This document shows positions 9,185 to 17,945 of a stretch of DNA of 27,361 bases, piece after piece (positions within the stretch are counted from its first letter, which is position 1; every line of letters begins with the position of its first letter). The stretch comes from Candidatus Undinarchaeales archaeon (GTDB taxonomy: Archaea > SpSt-1190 > JASMDC01): positions 1-27,361 of the forward strand of contig JASMDC010000046.1 in the NCBI GenBank assembly GCA_030753015.1, given 5' to 3'. The position numbers and the translations under genes were made by a program. The notes below the pieces were generated by a model, which worked only from the letters and a program-made list of their open reading frames with translations, had not been told where the DNA came from and did not search any database.

Positions 9185-9775
9185 ATGCCGGAGATCCCCG
9201 TGCACATCGAGCGGTACCAGCAGTTCCTGGCAGTTGGGATCATCGTGGGGCTCATCGTCGTGAGCGTGTACTTCCATGAACGACTCCCCTGGGGTGACAC
9301 TGTCAAGGACCTCTTCCCGACAGATACTCGTGCAGCACTGATAGCTCACATAGCTCTCATTGTGATTGGCCTCACCAGCCTCGCTCTGGCGCTCACGGGC
9401 GAGCGGTTCGTCTGGGCGCTCGACGCCCTTGCCACTCGCCTGGGTACGGCCGAGGTCCACGGCTCAATGTGGAGCGGGATCCTCCGTTGCACGACCCCCG
9501 ACGGAAGGAGCTACTTCCTGTATTACTATCCTGGCAGAAAGCACACTCGCGCCTACTACGAGCTCTGGCTGGAGCTACTGACCGAGCTCGAAGACCTCGA
9601 TTCCGGCGAGCATATCACGGCCATCGACCATCTGGAGAGCATAGCCGTGCGGCCGGGGGATGGCGGAGGCCCGGCGAGACTGGTCGCACACCTCAACGAG
9701 AGCGCAACGTCGACGGACGCTCTTCCCAGAACCCTGGACGCGCTGTTCGAGCTCAGGGACCACAGGCGACAGTGA
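9185..9775 (+). CDS. Two-TM membrane protein, tandem paralog 3
   Basis: MPEIPVHIERYQQF start; LRCTTPDGRSYFLYYYPGRKHTRAYYELW and AIDHLESI motifs. Confidence 0.8.
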   Translation: MPEIPVHIERYQQFLAVGIIVGLIVVSVYFHERLPWGDTVKDLFPTDTRAALIAHIALIVIGLTSLALALTGERFVWALDALATRLGTAEVHGSMWSGILRCTTPDGRSYFLYYYPGRKHTRAYYELWLELLTELEDLDSGEHITAIDHLESIAVRPGDGGGPARLVAHLNESATSTDALPRTLDALFELRDHRRQ

Positions 9776-9785
9776 GAACTGATCG

Positions 9786-9974
9786 TCATTCGACCTTGAT
9801 GCTCTTCTCCTTGATCTCGTTCAGTATCAGGTTCGTTTCCGTCCTTTCGATGAACTCGTACGTCTGTATATTCTTGAGGAACGCGTCCATGGATTTCCTG
9901 TTCTTCAACTTGGCGATGATCACGACATCGAAATGCCCGGTAACGTCGTAGACGGTAAAGACGTGCGGATTGAT
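9786..9974 (-). pseudogene. 3' remnant of Lrp/AsnC family regulator (effector-binding RAM domain only)
   Basis: Hand translation: INPHVFTVYDVTGHFDVVIIAKLKNRKSMDAFLKNIQTYEFIERTETNLILNEIKEKSIKVE*; no HTH domain and no start codon ahead of this segment, in-frame stop about 25 nt upstream. Confidence 0.8.
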
Positions 9975-10095
9975 GCGCGAGCTTCTCGGATAGGAGCTCT
10001 TTCAGAAGTTCGCTGAGACGAAGGAGAGGGAAGCGGAAGAGTCCAGGGTAGCTGTCACCGACTGGGACCTCGAGAAATACCTGGAAGCGTGCTAG
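9973..10095 (+). pseudogene. glnA: 3' remnant of type I glutamine synthetase
   Basis: Hand translation: MRELLG*ELFQKFAETKEREAEESRVAVTDWDLEKYLEAC*; matches the GSI C-terminal LG..F...K..E......VTDWE...YL pattern; internal TAG at 9991-9993. Confidence 0.7.
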
Positions 10096-10108
10096 AGGAT
10101 GGCCTGTA

Positions 10109-10828
10109 TCAGTGCAGACTGCGCCGCACGTCCGCGGGCGGGAAGTGACCGACCCAGGCCACGGCCACCGCCGCGAGCAGCAAGGGCCTGGTCACGAGGA
10201 TGAACCATGTCACGCCCCATGTCGCCTCAGCGTAGGCCGCTATCAGCGCTAGGAGGAAGGAGATCGCGCACGCCGCCAGGCGGTACATCATCATCTTGCT
10301 CCGTGCCTTGAAGGAGAGGAGAGGTATGGCCAGCGCAAGGACCGCTCCCGGTATGAGGCCCCACAAGGTCAGTATCCCCAGGGCAGTGCGGTCGTTGACG
10401 AACCAGGAGGTCCCCCAGACACCAAGGCTGTAGACGCCCAGACCCCCTTGCCATACGAGGACGCTGGCAGCCACACCCACCAGGAGCAGGAGGGTCGGGA
10501 GGCGTTCAGCGATCCCACCCGAGCGGTTTTCCGACATGAGGCCCACGAGGTAGGATGCCACCGGCACCGAGAGCACGCCCTGGACCACGAGGGCAAGTAG
10601 GAAGAGGATCCTGTCGATCCGCGGGAGGCCGATGCTGCCGGCCAGCTGACGCAGCCCGATGAGACCGTAGAGCAGTGTGGACAGGAGCCAGAAGACCGTG
10701 ACGCTGTCCGCCAGCCGGTCACGGAGCTCGACTAGCCGCGAAGCGAGGACGGCTGTGGCTGCCGCGAGCAACAGTGCACTGCATCCATTGAGCAAGTTGC
10801 CAATCACAGCAATGTCTACCTCCTGCAA
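10109..10828 (-). CDS. Hypothetical polytopic (about 7 TM) membrane protein
   Basis: Hydrophobic 3' part of the 396-aa track ORF; TTATAAAG box at about 10846-10853 and AGGAGGT RBS; start is TTG 10828 or GTG 10807. Confidence 0.65.
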   Translation of the reverse strand: MQEVDIAVIGNLLNGCSALLLAAATAVLASRLVELRDRLADSVTVFWLLSTLLYGLIGLRQLAGSIGLPRIDRILFLLALVVQGVLSVPVASYLVGLMSENRSGGIAERLPTLLLLVGVAASVLVWQGGLGVYSLGVWGTSWFVNDRTALGILTLWGLIPGAVLALAIPLLSFKARSKMMMYRLAACAISFLLALIAAYAEATWGVTWFILVTRPLLLAAVAVAWVGHFPPADVRRSLH

Positions 10829-10916
10829 CTGGAGAGCACCACATGCTTTATAATGCTGAACCCGTGGCCGCGCCCGGGTGTTAAACATAAAAGGGTTGCC
10901 CGACCCACTCCACGCG

Positions 10917-12320
10917 ATGGGAGCGCTCTTCGGCACTTCGGGCATGCGGGGAATCGTCAACCTCGAGATAACGCCACCACTGGTACTCAAGACCGGGATG
11001 GCGCTGGCGGCATCGCTGGACCACTGCGGCAGCGTCGCCGTGGGGACGGACCACCGTACCTCTGCGGAGGCCATCAAGCGCGCTATGGTCGCGGGCATTC
11101 TGGCAGGCGGATGCAACGTGATGGACGTCGGATTGGCCCCCACCCCGACAATCGTGTACGCAGGTTCCAAGCTCGGGTGCGACGCGTCCGTGAGCATCAC
11201 CGCCTCGCACAATCCGCCCGAGTACAACGGCATCAAGCTCTGGAATTCCGACGGCTCGGGTTTCTCACGGGAGCAGGAGGCTGATGTCGAGGAGCTCATC
11301 CTGGGCGCTCAGGTGCCAGGCGTCGAGTGGAACAACGTCGGCAGGGTGTTCCAACGCCCGCACGCCTCACGCACTCACATCGATGCGATCATCACGGCCC
11401 TGGGCCATGTGGACGGGTTCTCTGTTGTGTACGACGGCGGGTGCGGTGCCGGATCAAAGGTCACTCCCTACCTCCTCCGTGAGCTGGGGTGCAAGGTGTT
11501 CACGCTCAATGCCAACCCCGATGGAAGGTTCGATCCGAGGGACCACTTGCGGGGCGAGCCCCTCCCGGCCGCGGGTGATTGGAACCGCATTGCGGACCTG
11601 GCCAACCTCGTCGACACGGTCTTTGCGACCGAGGCCGATTTGGGGCTGGCCAATGACGGTGACGCGGACCGTGTGCTCGTCGTGGACGAGACCGGTACTG
11701 TTGTCCCTCCTGATGTGCTCATCGCCTTCTTCGCCGAGCAGGCACTGAAGGAGAAGAAGGGCGGTACAATCGTCACCACCGTCGAAAGTTCGATGCTCAT
11801 CGAAGAGGTCGCCAAGAAGAACAAGGGCAAGGTCGTGCGCACTCCCGTGGGTGACGTGTTCGTCTCGCGGGCGGTGAAGGAGCACGGTGCGCTCCTTGGT
11901 GCCGAGCCCGCGGGGACCTTCATATTCCCTGACCTTCACCTGTGCCCCGACGGCCCGTTCTCGGCAGCGTGTGCGGTGCGGGTGCTCGCTGAGCACGGCA
12001 GGCCGCTGTCCGAGATCCTGGCCGTGTACGAGCGCTACCCCATGGGTCGGCTCCGTCTCGAATGTCCCAATGAGCGCAAGGCGACTGCCATGGACGCCAT
12101 CGCCGTGGAGCTCGAGGACGCTCTCTCGGGGATCAAGGGCATCGATACCGCTGACGGCATCAGGGCCGAGCTCAAGGACGGTTGGATCCTGGTGCGGCCC
12201 TCCGGCACCGAGCCCATTCTACGGATCACCACCGAGGCACGGGACCAGCAGGCGCTCGACACCACGCTCGAGGCCGCTCAGGAGGCCGTGGGCGACATAA
12301 TCGCCCGGGTGACGCGGTAG
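10917..12320 (+). CDS. glmM: Phosphoglucosamine mutase / alpha-D-phosphohexomutase
   Basis: LFGTSGMRG, ITASHNPPEYNGIK, DGDADR, LGAEPAG, VRPSGTEP motifs; directly upstream of a glmU-like gene. Confidence 0.92.
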   Translation: MGALFGTSGMRGIVNLEITPPLVLKTGMALAASLDHCGSVAVGTDHRTSAEAIKRAMVAGILAGGCNVMDVGLAPTPTIVYAGSKLGCDASVSITASHNPPEYNGIKLWNSDGSGFSREQEADVEELILGAQVPGVEWNNVGRVFQRPHASRTHIDAIITALGHVDGFSVVYDGGCGAGSKVTPYLLRELGCKVFTLNANPDGRFDPRDHLRGEPLPAAGDWNRIADLANLVDTVFATEADLGLANDGDADRVLVVDETGTVVPPDVLIAFFAEQALKEKKGGTIVTTVESSMLIEEVAKKNKGKVVRTPVGDVFVSRAVKEHGALLGAEPAGTFIFPDLHLCPDGPFSAACAVRVLAEHGRPLSEILAVYERYPMGRLRLECPNERKATAMDAIAVELEDALSGIKGIDTADGIRAELKDGWILVRPSGTEPILRITTEARDQQALDTTLEAAQEAVGDIIARVTR

Positions 12321-12321
12321 C

Positions 12322-13458
12322 GTGGAAGCGGTCATCCTCGCCGCCGGCCAAGGGACGCGGATGCGCCCCATCACGCCCGGTGTCCCCAAATCGCTCATCC
12401 CCGTGGCCAACCGCCCATTCCTCTCCCTTGTCGTGGACCGGGTACGGGCAGCTGGTGCAAAGCGTATCGTGGTAGTGGTCTCCCCGGAGAACCGTGACGC
12501 GATCCAGAACGCGCTGGATGACGTACAGGTCGCGGTCCAGGAGGTGCCCCGCGGTACCGCCGACGCTGTGGCGGCCGCTGAGAACGCCGTAACGGACGAC
12601 TTCCTCCTGGTCAACGGCGACACTCTCATCGAGGTGGACGACCTTCGCCGCCTTGCGGACGAATCAGGTTGTGCCATGGGGCTCGCGCGTGTGGACGATC
12701 CCTCTGCGTACGGCATCGCTGAGGTCGTCGACGGTCGCGTGGTGGCCATCGACGAGAAACCCGAGCATCCCCGGGGCGACCTCGCCAACACCGGTACCTA
12801 CCGGCTCACCAGGGCGGTATTCGATGCCATCCGGCGGACGCCGCTCTCGGAACGGGGCGAGCTGGAGCTTACTGCTTCTCTCATGCTCCTGCACGAGCGA
12901 GGGACACCGGTGCATGCATGCCTCATCGAACGCGGGTGGCGTGATTTCGGTGCCCCCTGGCACGTGCTCGACCTCAACGACGAGGCGCTGGCCGTGCTCG
13001 AGGCCCCCACACCACGGATCGACGGCGCCATCGTCAACGGCCCTGTGGTGCTGGGCACAGGGTGCACGGTGGGCGAGGATGCCATCATCCAGGGTCCTGC
13101 TGTGGTCGGCAACGGGTGTGAGATCGGTGCCGGTGCACGCATCGGTCCGGGATCGTCCGTGGGCGCGGGGTGCGTGCTGGGTGACGGGAGCGTCGTGGAG
13201 GGCTCGGTCCTGTGCGAAAGGGTCACGGTCGGTGATGGTGCGCAGGTGCTCTCCTCCGTGCTCGGGGCCGGGGCGACCGTGGGGATGGCGGCCACTCTTC
13301 TGGACACGAACGACGACAGCTCGACGGTCCGGATGACCGTGAAGGACAGGGACCTCGACACAGGCCGCACGCGGTGCGGTGCACTGGTCGGGTGCGGTGC
13401 CGCCGTGGACGACATGGAGGTCGTGTTCCCGGGATCGCTTGTGTTTGCGATGGAATGA
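12322..13458 (+). CDS. glmU: Sugar-1-phosphate nucleotidyltransferase with left-handed beta-helix (archaeal GlmU-like)
   Basis: AVILAAGQGTRMRP, PKSLIPVANRP, GTADAV, VNGD, EKP, SERGELELT, hexapeptide repeats, DTGRTRCGALVG. Confidence 0.85.
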   Translation: MEAVILAAGQGTRMRPITPGVPKSLIPVANRPFLSLVVDRVRAAGAKRIVVVVSPENRDAIQNALDDVQVAVQEVPRGTADAVAAAENAVTDDFLLVNGDTLIEVDDLRRLADESGCAMGLARVDDPSAYGIAEVVDGRVVAIDEKPEHPRGDLANTGTYRLTRAVFDAIRRTPLSERGELELTASLMLLHERGTPVHACLIERGWRDFGAPWHVLDLNDEALAVLEAPTPRIDGAIVNGPVVLGTGCTVGEDAIIQGPAVVGNGCEIGAGARIGPGSSVGAGCVLGDGSVVEGSVLCERVTVGDGAQVLSSVLGAGATVGMAATLLDTNDDSSTVRMTVKDRDLDTGRTRCGALVGCGAAVDDMEVVFPGSLVFAME

Positions 13459-13460
13459 CC

Positions 13461-13494
13461 GTGAACTACCCCTCTCAGAAGGGGACTTCCCGCC
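13461..13494 (-). mobile_element. Short IS200/IS605 right-end remnant (hairpin)
   Basis: GTGAACTACCCCT-ctcaga-AGGGGACTTCCCGC, nearly the same as the element at 27262; CCCCT/AGGGG stem, terminal TTCAC on the minus strand. Confidence 0.65.
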
Positions 13495-13539
13495 GAAACG
13501 TAAAAAAGAGTTAAAAAAACGTACGACCAATCCACGAGC

Positions 13540-15057
13540 GTGGTAGTCTGCCTCGTCAATCCACCGCAGCTGTCCACACCCTACCAAGTGACGGACGGCC
13601 TCATGCCGCCCCTTGGCATCATGTTCCTTTCCGCAGTGCTCAAGAAGGAGGGGTTCGATGTGCACGTAATCGATGCACCGGGCGAGGCATCGACGAATCG
13701 GTACGAGCATGACGGGAACCCGCTCCGCGGCCTCGGGATCGAAGCGATCATCGAGCGCATCCCCGAAGGGACGCGGCTCGTGGGGATCGCCGGTATCTTC
13801 TCCATGAACCACCACGTACTCATGGAGCTTGCCCATTCCGTCAAGGAACGGTTGCCAGATGTCATCGTGGTCGTCGGGGGGTCACATGCGACCGCCGTGG
13901 CCGAGTACGTCATGAAATCCGAGGATGTTGATGTCGTGTGCCTGGGGGAAGCTGAACGCTCGCTGCTCGCCCTTTGCCACACCCTGGAGCGTAACGGATG
14001 GCGGACGGTCCCAGCCGACCTTGCTGGGATCGCGGGGATAGCCTACCGTGACGGGGAGCGTATCGTAGTCAATAGGGACGTGGAGCTCATCGACGACGTG
14101 GACGCTATTCCCTATCCCGACTGGAAGAGCGTGCCCATGGAGACCTACTACACCTCTAAAGAAGCGAATGGACCGGTATGGACCGATCGCTGGGTACCGC
14201 TGCTCTCCTCACGGGGCTGTCCGTACGACTGTGCCTTTTGCAGCACACCGGCCATATGGCGTCGTCGATGGCGTCCGCGCGACCCGGTCAAGCTCATCGA
14301 CGAGATAGCCTGGCTCCAGCGTGAGCATGGGATCCAGGAGGTGCACTTCGAGGACGAGAACATGAGCACCGATCCCAAGAGGCTGGAAGCGTTCTGTGAC
14401 GAGCTCGTACGACGGGACATCGGTATCAAGTGGCAGGCAGCGAACGGAATGCGCGCCCACGGCCTCGACAGGGAGCTGCTGACAAAGATGGTCGCCTCCG
14501 GGTGCACGAACCTCGTGCTCGCCCCCGAGTCAGGTTCCCGCTGTCTCCTCCGTGAGGGACTTAACAAGGACATCGACCTGGACGAGATCGCGCAAGCTGG
14601 TCGGACCGCCCACGGACTGGGACTGCGTACGTCCACATTCTTCATGATGGGCATGCCCGGGGAGACACGAAGGGACGTCGCCCGGACCCTGGTATATCTC
14701 ATGCGGCTGGCGTTCGCTGGGGTGGACGAGTGCTCGATCGGGCAGTTCGTGCCTCTCCCCGGGAGCCGTCTGTTCGACCGACTGCGCTCCGAGGGACGGA
14801 TCGAGCTCGATGACGCGTTCTTCCGCTCGCTCACGGCAATGGGCGATCTCTCCTCGTCACGCTCGTGGTCCGAGCACTACTCCAATCCGGAGCTGAAGAT
14901 ATACCAGCTGATCGGCCTCGGCCTGTTCCACGTCACCCGGCTCGTGTTCCATCCCGTGAGCACGGCACGGACCTTCGCCAATGTGCTCAAGGGACGGCAG
15001 GAGCTGAAGAGCGAGCGGTTCCTCATCTCGAAGCTACGCCGGTTTAGAGGTAGATGA
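13540..15057 (+). CDS. Cobalamin-binding radical SAM protein
   Basis: LVNPP, PPLG, VGGSHAT, GEAE B12-binding domain; SSRGCPYDCAFC; FEDEN; PESGS; FMMGMPGET; PLPGS. Confidence 0.93.
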   Translation: MVVCLVNPPQLSTPYQVTDGLMPPLGIMFLSAVLKKEGFDVHVIDAPGEASTNRYEHDGNPLRGLGIEAIIERIPEGTRLVGIAGIFSMNHHVLMELAHSVKERLPDVIVVVGGSHATAVAEYVMKSEDVDVVCLGEAERSLLALCHTLERNGWRTVPADLAGIAGIAYRDGERIVVNRDVELIDDVDAIPYPDWKSVPMETYYTSKEANGPVWTDRWVPLLSSRGCPYDCAFCSTPAIWRRRWRPRDPVKLIDEIAWLQREHGIQEVHFEDENMSTDPKRLEAFCDELVRRDIGIKWQAANGMRAHGLDRELLTKMVASGCTNLVLAPESGSRCLLREGLNKDIDLDEIAQAGRTAHGLGLRTSTFFMMGMPGETRRDVARTLVYLMRLAFAGVDECSIGQFVPLPGSRLFDRLRSEGRIELDDAFFRSLTAMGDLSSSRSWSEHYSNPELKIYQLIGLGLFHVTRLVFHPVSTARTFANVLKGRQELKSERFLISKLRRFRGR

Positions 15058-15059
15058 GC

Positions 15060-16913
15060 TCAGGTGTCCTGCCAGCAGTTTCCGTCCAGACCGCACTCCG
15101 CATCCTGGGGACAGCCACACACCTGGCATGCGGGTACGAGCCCCCGTTCTCGTACGCAAAGGAACGGCTTCACTGCGGAGCATGAGCCGTGGTTGGTTCC
15201 ATCGTCACATATCTGGTCCGGATCGTAGCACCGATCGTCGGAGTAGCACCCCATGCCGTCCGGACAGCCGCAGAGGGCGCAGTCGGGGATGAGCGATGGT
15301 TTGTCCGGCTCGCAGTAGTTACCGCCGCCGGCCGCACAGGTGCCCGCTGGTGTACCGTCCGCGCATGACTCGTACGGGTAGGGAAGGAACCAGCCACGGA
15401 TGCCCCCGGCGTCGTCCATGGTCCCCGATGCACGGGCCGTGGTCTCGATGAACCTGCTTGCCCCGTCGCTGAACGTGACGTGGAGGAGGACGTGGTTGAT
15501 GGTGCGTGGCGCGGACAGGCTGTCCGAGTCGACGTAGGCGAACTGCAGGTGCATCCCGTACGACGCGTGCCCGTTACCTGCCATGACGAGCGCGGCCATG
15601 AGCACCGCCGAGTCACGGCAGCTCCCCCGTCCCTCAGTGAGGGTCTCCAGTGGCCACTGGGCCGTTTCGTTGGTGACCTGGTAGATCATGAGCCGGTTCT
15701 TGAGGTTGTACACCTCGTCGATGAACTGTCGTGCCGTCCGGCCATCGGTCAGGTCGCCGATCACGTCGGTGAACGCCTCCGGCCGCACGAAGGTGCGGTA
15801 GTCCGGCGTGGTGAGGTTCTCCTCCGTGCAACCAGGGCAGGAGATGGGCCGGTAGTACACGGGTCGGGGCGCCGATACCAGGGTGCGGTAGGTGTCCACG
15901 GGCATGTTCCACACCACGGTCTCCCCGCGATTGTCGGGGTACTGCCAACGGATCGTCCCCTCGTTGATGACAGTGTGGAATCCCTCGGGCGACGTCGTCT
16001 GTGGCCGTTCGACGCAGTACGAGCGGTCGGTGTCGCACGCATGGTCCGGCGGGCAGTCCGCATCCGTCCGGCAGCACAGTGTCCCCGCAAGGCAGCACAC
16101 CCCTCCTGCACAGTTACCGCTCGCGCACTCGCCCGATGCATTACAGTCGCCACCATTGGGCACGTGCGTGACGGTCGGGGACGGTGAGGGTGTGGATGAC
16201 GGTCCGGTCCCGTCCCCCGTACAGGCCGACTCGGCATGGTCGCACGCCATCCCTCCGGGACAGTCGCGGTCATCCTGGCAGCATGTCCTGCCCACGGTAC
16301 AGCACACGCCGTTGATACAGTTGTCGCTGAGGCACTCATCGTCCACGGTGCACGGCATGCCGTTGAGCCGCGTGGCCTCAGGTACCGTCCCCCCGCTCCC
16401 CGGTGTAGGTACCTGACTGGTGCCTGCCACGCAGTAATAACGGTCCGTGTCGCACTGCTCCTCCGGGCCGCAGTCCCGGTCATCGAGACAGCATGCATTG
16501 CCTTCGAGGCAGCACACTCCGGCCCCGCAGTTACCGCTGAGGCACATGTGGTCCCCGTCGCACATCATGCCGTTGCGGCGCGGTGCTTGGGTGGGTGAAG
16601 ATGTGGGTGCTGGTGTTTGCGAGGGTGTCGGGAGTGGGATGCAGAAGGACCGGTCGGTATCGCAGCGATCCCCATCGTCACAGTCACGGTCGGTGCTGCA
16701 ACAGTCCCTCCCGAGCAGGCAGCATATGCCGTTCCGGCAGTTGCCGCCGAGGCACTCCATATCATCGGAACAGGGCTCGCCGATCCCGGACAATGGCGGT
16801 GCTGCTATGGGTAGCGTGGTGGGTGCAGGGCCCGTGTCGGTCTGCTCACCGACGCAACCCGATATGAGGACGAGTGCGAGGACGAGCGCCGCGACCATCC
16901 GTCCCGGGACCAT
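15060..16913 (-). CDS. Secreted lipoprotein with Cys-rich repeats and a transglutaminase-like domain
   Basis: Lipobox-like LVLISGC; four 10-Cys repeats; WPLETLTEGRGSCRD (Cys), NHVLL (His), FIETT (Glu) triad; two C-terminal 8-Cys repeats; start 16913 or 16898. Confidence 0.8.
   Translation of the reverse strand: MVPGRMVAALVLALVLISGCVGEQTDTGPAPTTLPIAAPPLSGIGEPCSDDMECLGGNCRNGICCLLGRDCCSTDRDCDDGDRCDTDRSFCIPLPTPSQTPAPTSSPTQAPRRNGMMCDGDHMCLSGNCGAGVCCLEGNACCLDDRDCGPEEQCDTDRYYCVAGTSQVPTPGSGGTVPEATRLNGMPCTVDDECLSDNCINGVCCTVGRTCCQDDRDCPGGMACDHAESACTGDGTGPSSTPSPSPTVTHVPNGGDCNASGECASGNCAGGVCCLAGTLCCRTDADCPPDHACDTDRSYCVERPQTTSPEGFHTVINEGTIRWQYPDNRGETVVWNMPVDTYRTLVSAPRPVYYRPISCPGCTEENLTTPDYRTFVRPEAFTDVIGDLTDGRTARQFIDEVYNLKNRLMIYQVTNETAQWPLETLTEGRGSCRDSAVLMAALVMAGNGHASYGMHLQFAYVDSDSLSAPRTINHVLLHVTFSDGASRFIETTARASGTMDDAGGIRGWFLPYPYESCADGTPAGTCAAGGGNYCEPDKPSLIPDCALCGCPDGMGCYSDDRCYDPDQICDDGTNHGSCSAVKPFLCVRERGLVPACQVCGCPQDAECGLDGNCWQDT
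16014..16781 (-). repeat. Four copies of a 10-Cys protein repeat separated by Pro/Thr/Ser linkers
   Basis: Spacing C-x5-C-x4-C-x4-CC-x5-CC-x5-C-x5-C-x6-C is the same in all four copies. Confidence 0.9.
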
Positions 16914-16941
16914 AAGAAGACAGGTGGCGCCCAAAGATTAT

Positions 16942-17925
16942 CTACCTATCGATAACGGGGACGGTCACAGCATCGCGCCATCGCCGGTGGTAGGCGAGCG
17001 CCGCCATGGCACCGATGCACCCGCGCCTGCCCGTGACCGGTTCAAGGCCGACGGAGGGAAGGGTCGCGGCCGTGCTGAACGTGTCATCAATGCTCACCAC
17101 AGCTCCCCTTGCGGCCCGACCGAAGAACGAGAGCGCTGGTGGGACGTCCCGGCCATGGAGCCAGGCCAGCCCCGTGTGCTCGGACAGGGTCCACTTCTCC
17201 AGGAGGTGGCGGGCCCTTCGCAGGAGAGCGTCACGTCCGTCCGTTGGTACGGCGAGCGTGATCGCGGTGGCCACGCAGTTGCGCGTTCGGTGTGGGGCGC
17301 TGGGGTAGAGCTGGGCGAGAGCGTGGTAGAGATAGTCTCCCAGTCCACCTTCCTGGAGCGCGGTCCCGAGGGTGTGACACAGGGACCACGTGGATCCCTC
17401 GTCCTCGGTGTCCGTGTCGTCGACACCCAGTACGACCTTCTCCCGGAGCGGGAGCACGACCGTGGCAGAGCTCTTTCGTGAGCCTCCCGGGGGTTCGTGG
17501 ACCACGATGCGCAGCACACCCTTGGCGAGCCCGCGGGAGATACATGCCCCGACCCCACCTCCGCCGAGACCGTGGTACGTGACACGCACCTCATCGGCCT
17601 CCCGGTCCACGACCACAGCACCGATACCCGCGGGGCGGAGGCCAGGTACCAGTTCTGGCTCGACATCACCGGTACACAGGTCATAGATGGCGAGCGTCCC
17701 CTCACGTTGCGCGCTGGTGACCAGCTTACTGGCGGCCGGGTAGTGGTGGCCTGTCCATGCAGCACCGCCGAGGCAGCTGCCCTCCTCTACGAGCTCGACG
17801 AACGTGGGATCCGCTGGATCGACCGTGGCAGTGATCCGCTTCGTGGAGGTCGCCCAGGGGACGTCCGCTACCAGGGAACGCAGCTCCGAGGGCAGGTGCT
17901 CACCGGGTGACAGCTCCAGCGCCAT
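16942..17925 (-). CDS. mmp11: Methanogenesis marker protein 11 (C-terminal half TiaS-like)
   Basis: VELVEE.SCLGGAAWTGHHY, TYHGLGGGGVGA, LGVDDTDTEDEGSTW, QLYP...RTRNCV, GRRGCIGAMAAL; likely start MALELSPG at 17925. Confidence 0.85.
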   Translation of the reverse strand: MALELSPGEHLPSELRSLVADVPWATSTKRITATVDPADPTFVELVEEGSCLGGAAWTGHHYPAASKLVTSAQREGTLAIYDLCTGDVEPELVPGLRPAGIGAVVVDREADEVRVTYHGLGGGGVGACISRGLAKGVLRIVVHEPPGGSRKSSATVVLPLREKVVLGVDDTDTEDEGSTWSLCHTLGTALQEGGLGDYLYHALAQLYPSAPHRTRNCVATAITLAVPTDGRDALLRRARHLLEKWTLSEHTGLAWLHGRDVPPALSFFGRAARGAVVSIDDTFSTAATLPSVGLEPVTGRRGCIGAMAALAYHRRWRDAVTVPVIDR

Positions 17926-17945
17926 GGCACCGACGCCGCTGACAA

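Noticed and set aside
7760-9775. Integron cassette array or diversity-generating retroelement
   Set aside because: No attC-like palindromes, integrase, reverse transcriptase or near-identical template/variable repeat pair seen
9991-9993. In-frame TAG in the glnA fragment as pyrrolysine readthrough
   Set aside because: It lies in a truncated remnant, and TAG is the ordinary stop of several intact genes here; no pyl genes are in the window
16942-17925. Calling this gene tiaS
   Set aside because: Shares only the DDTD domain; lacks the C-terminal tRNA-binding domains and has the Mmp11-type N-terminus
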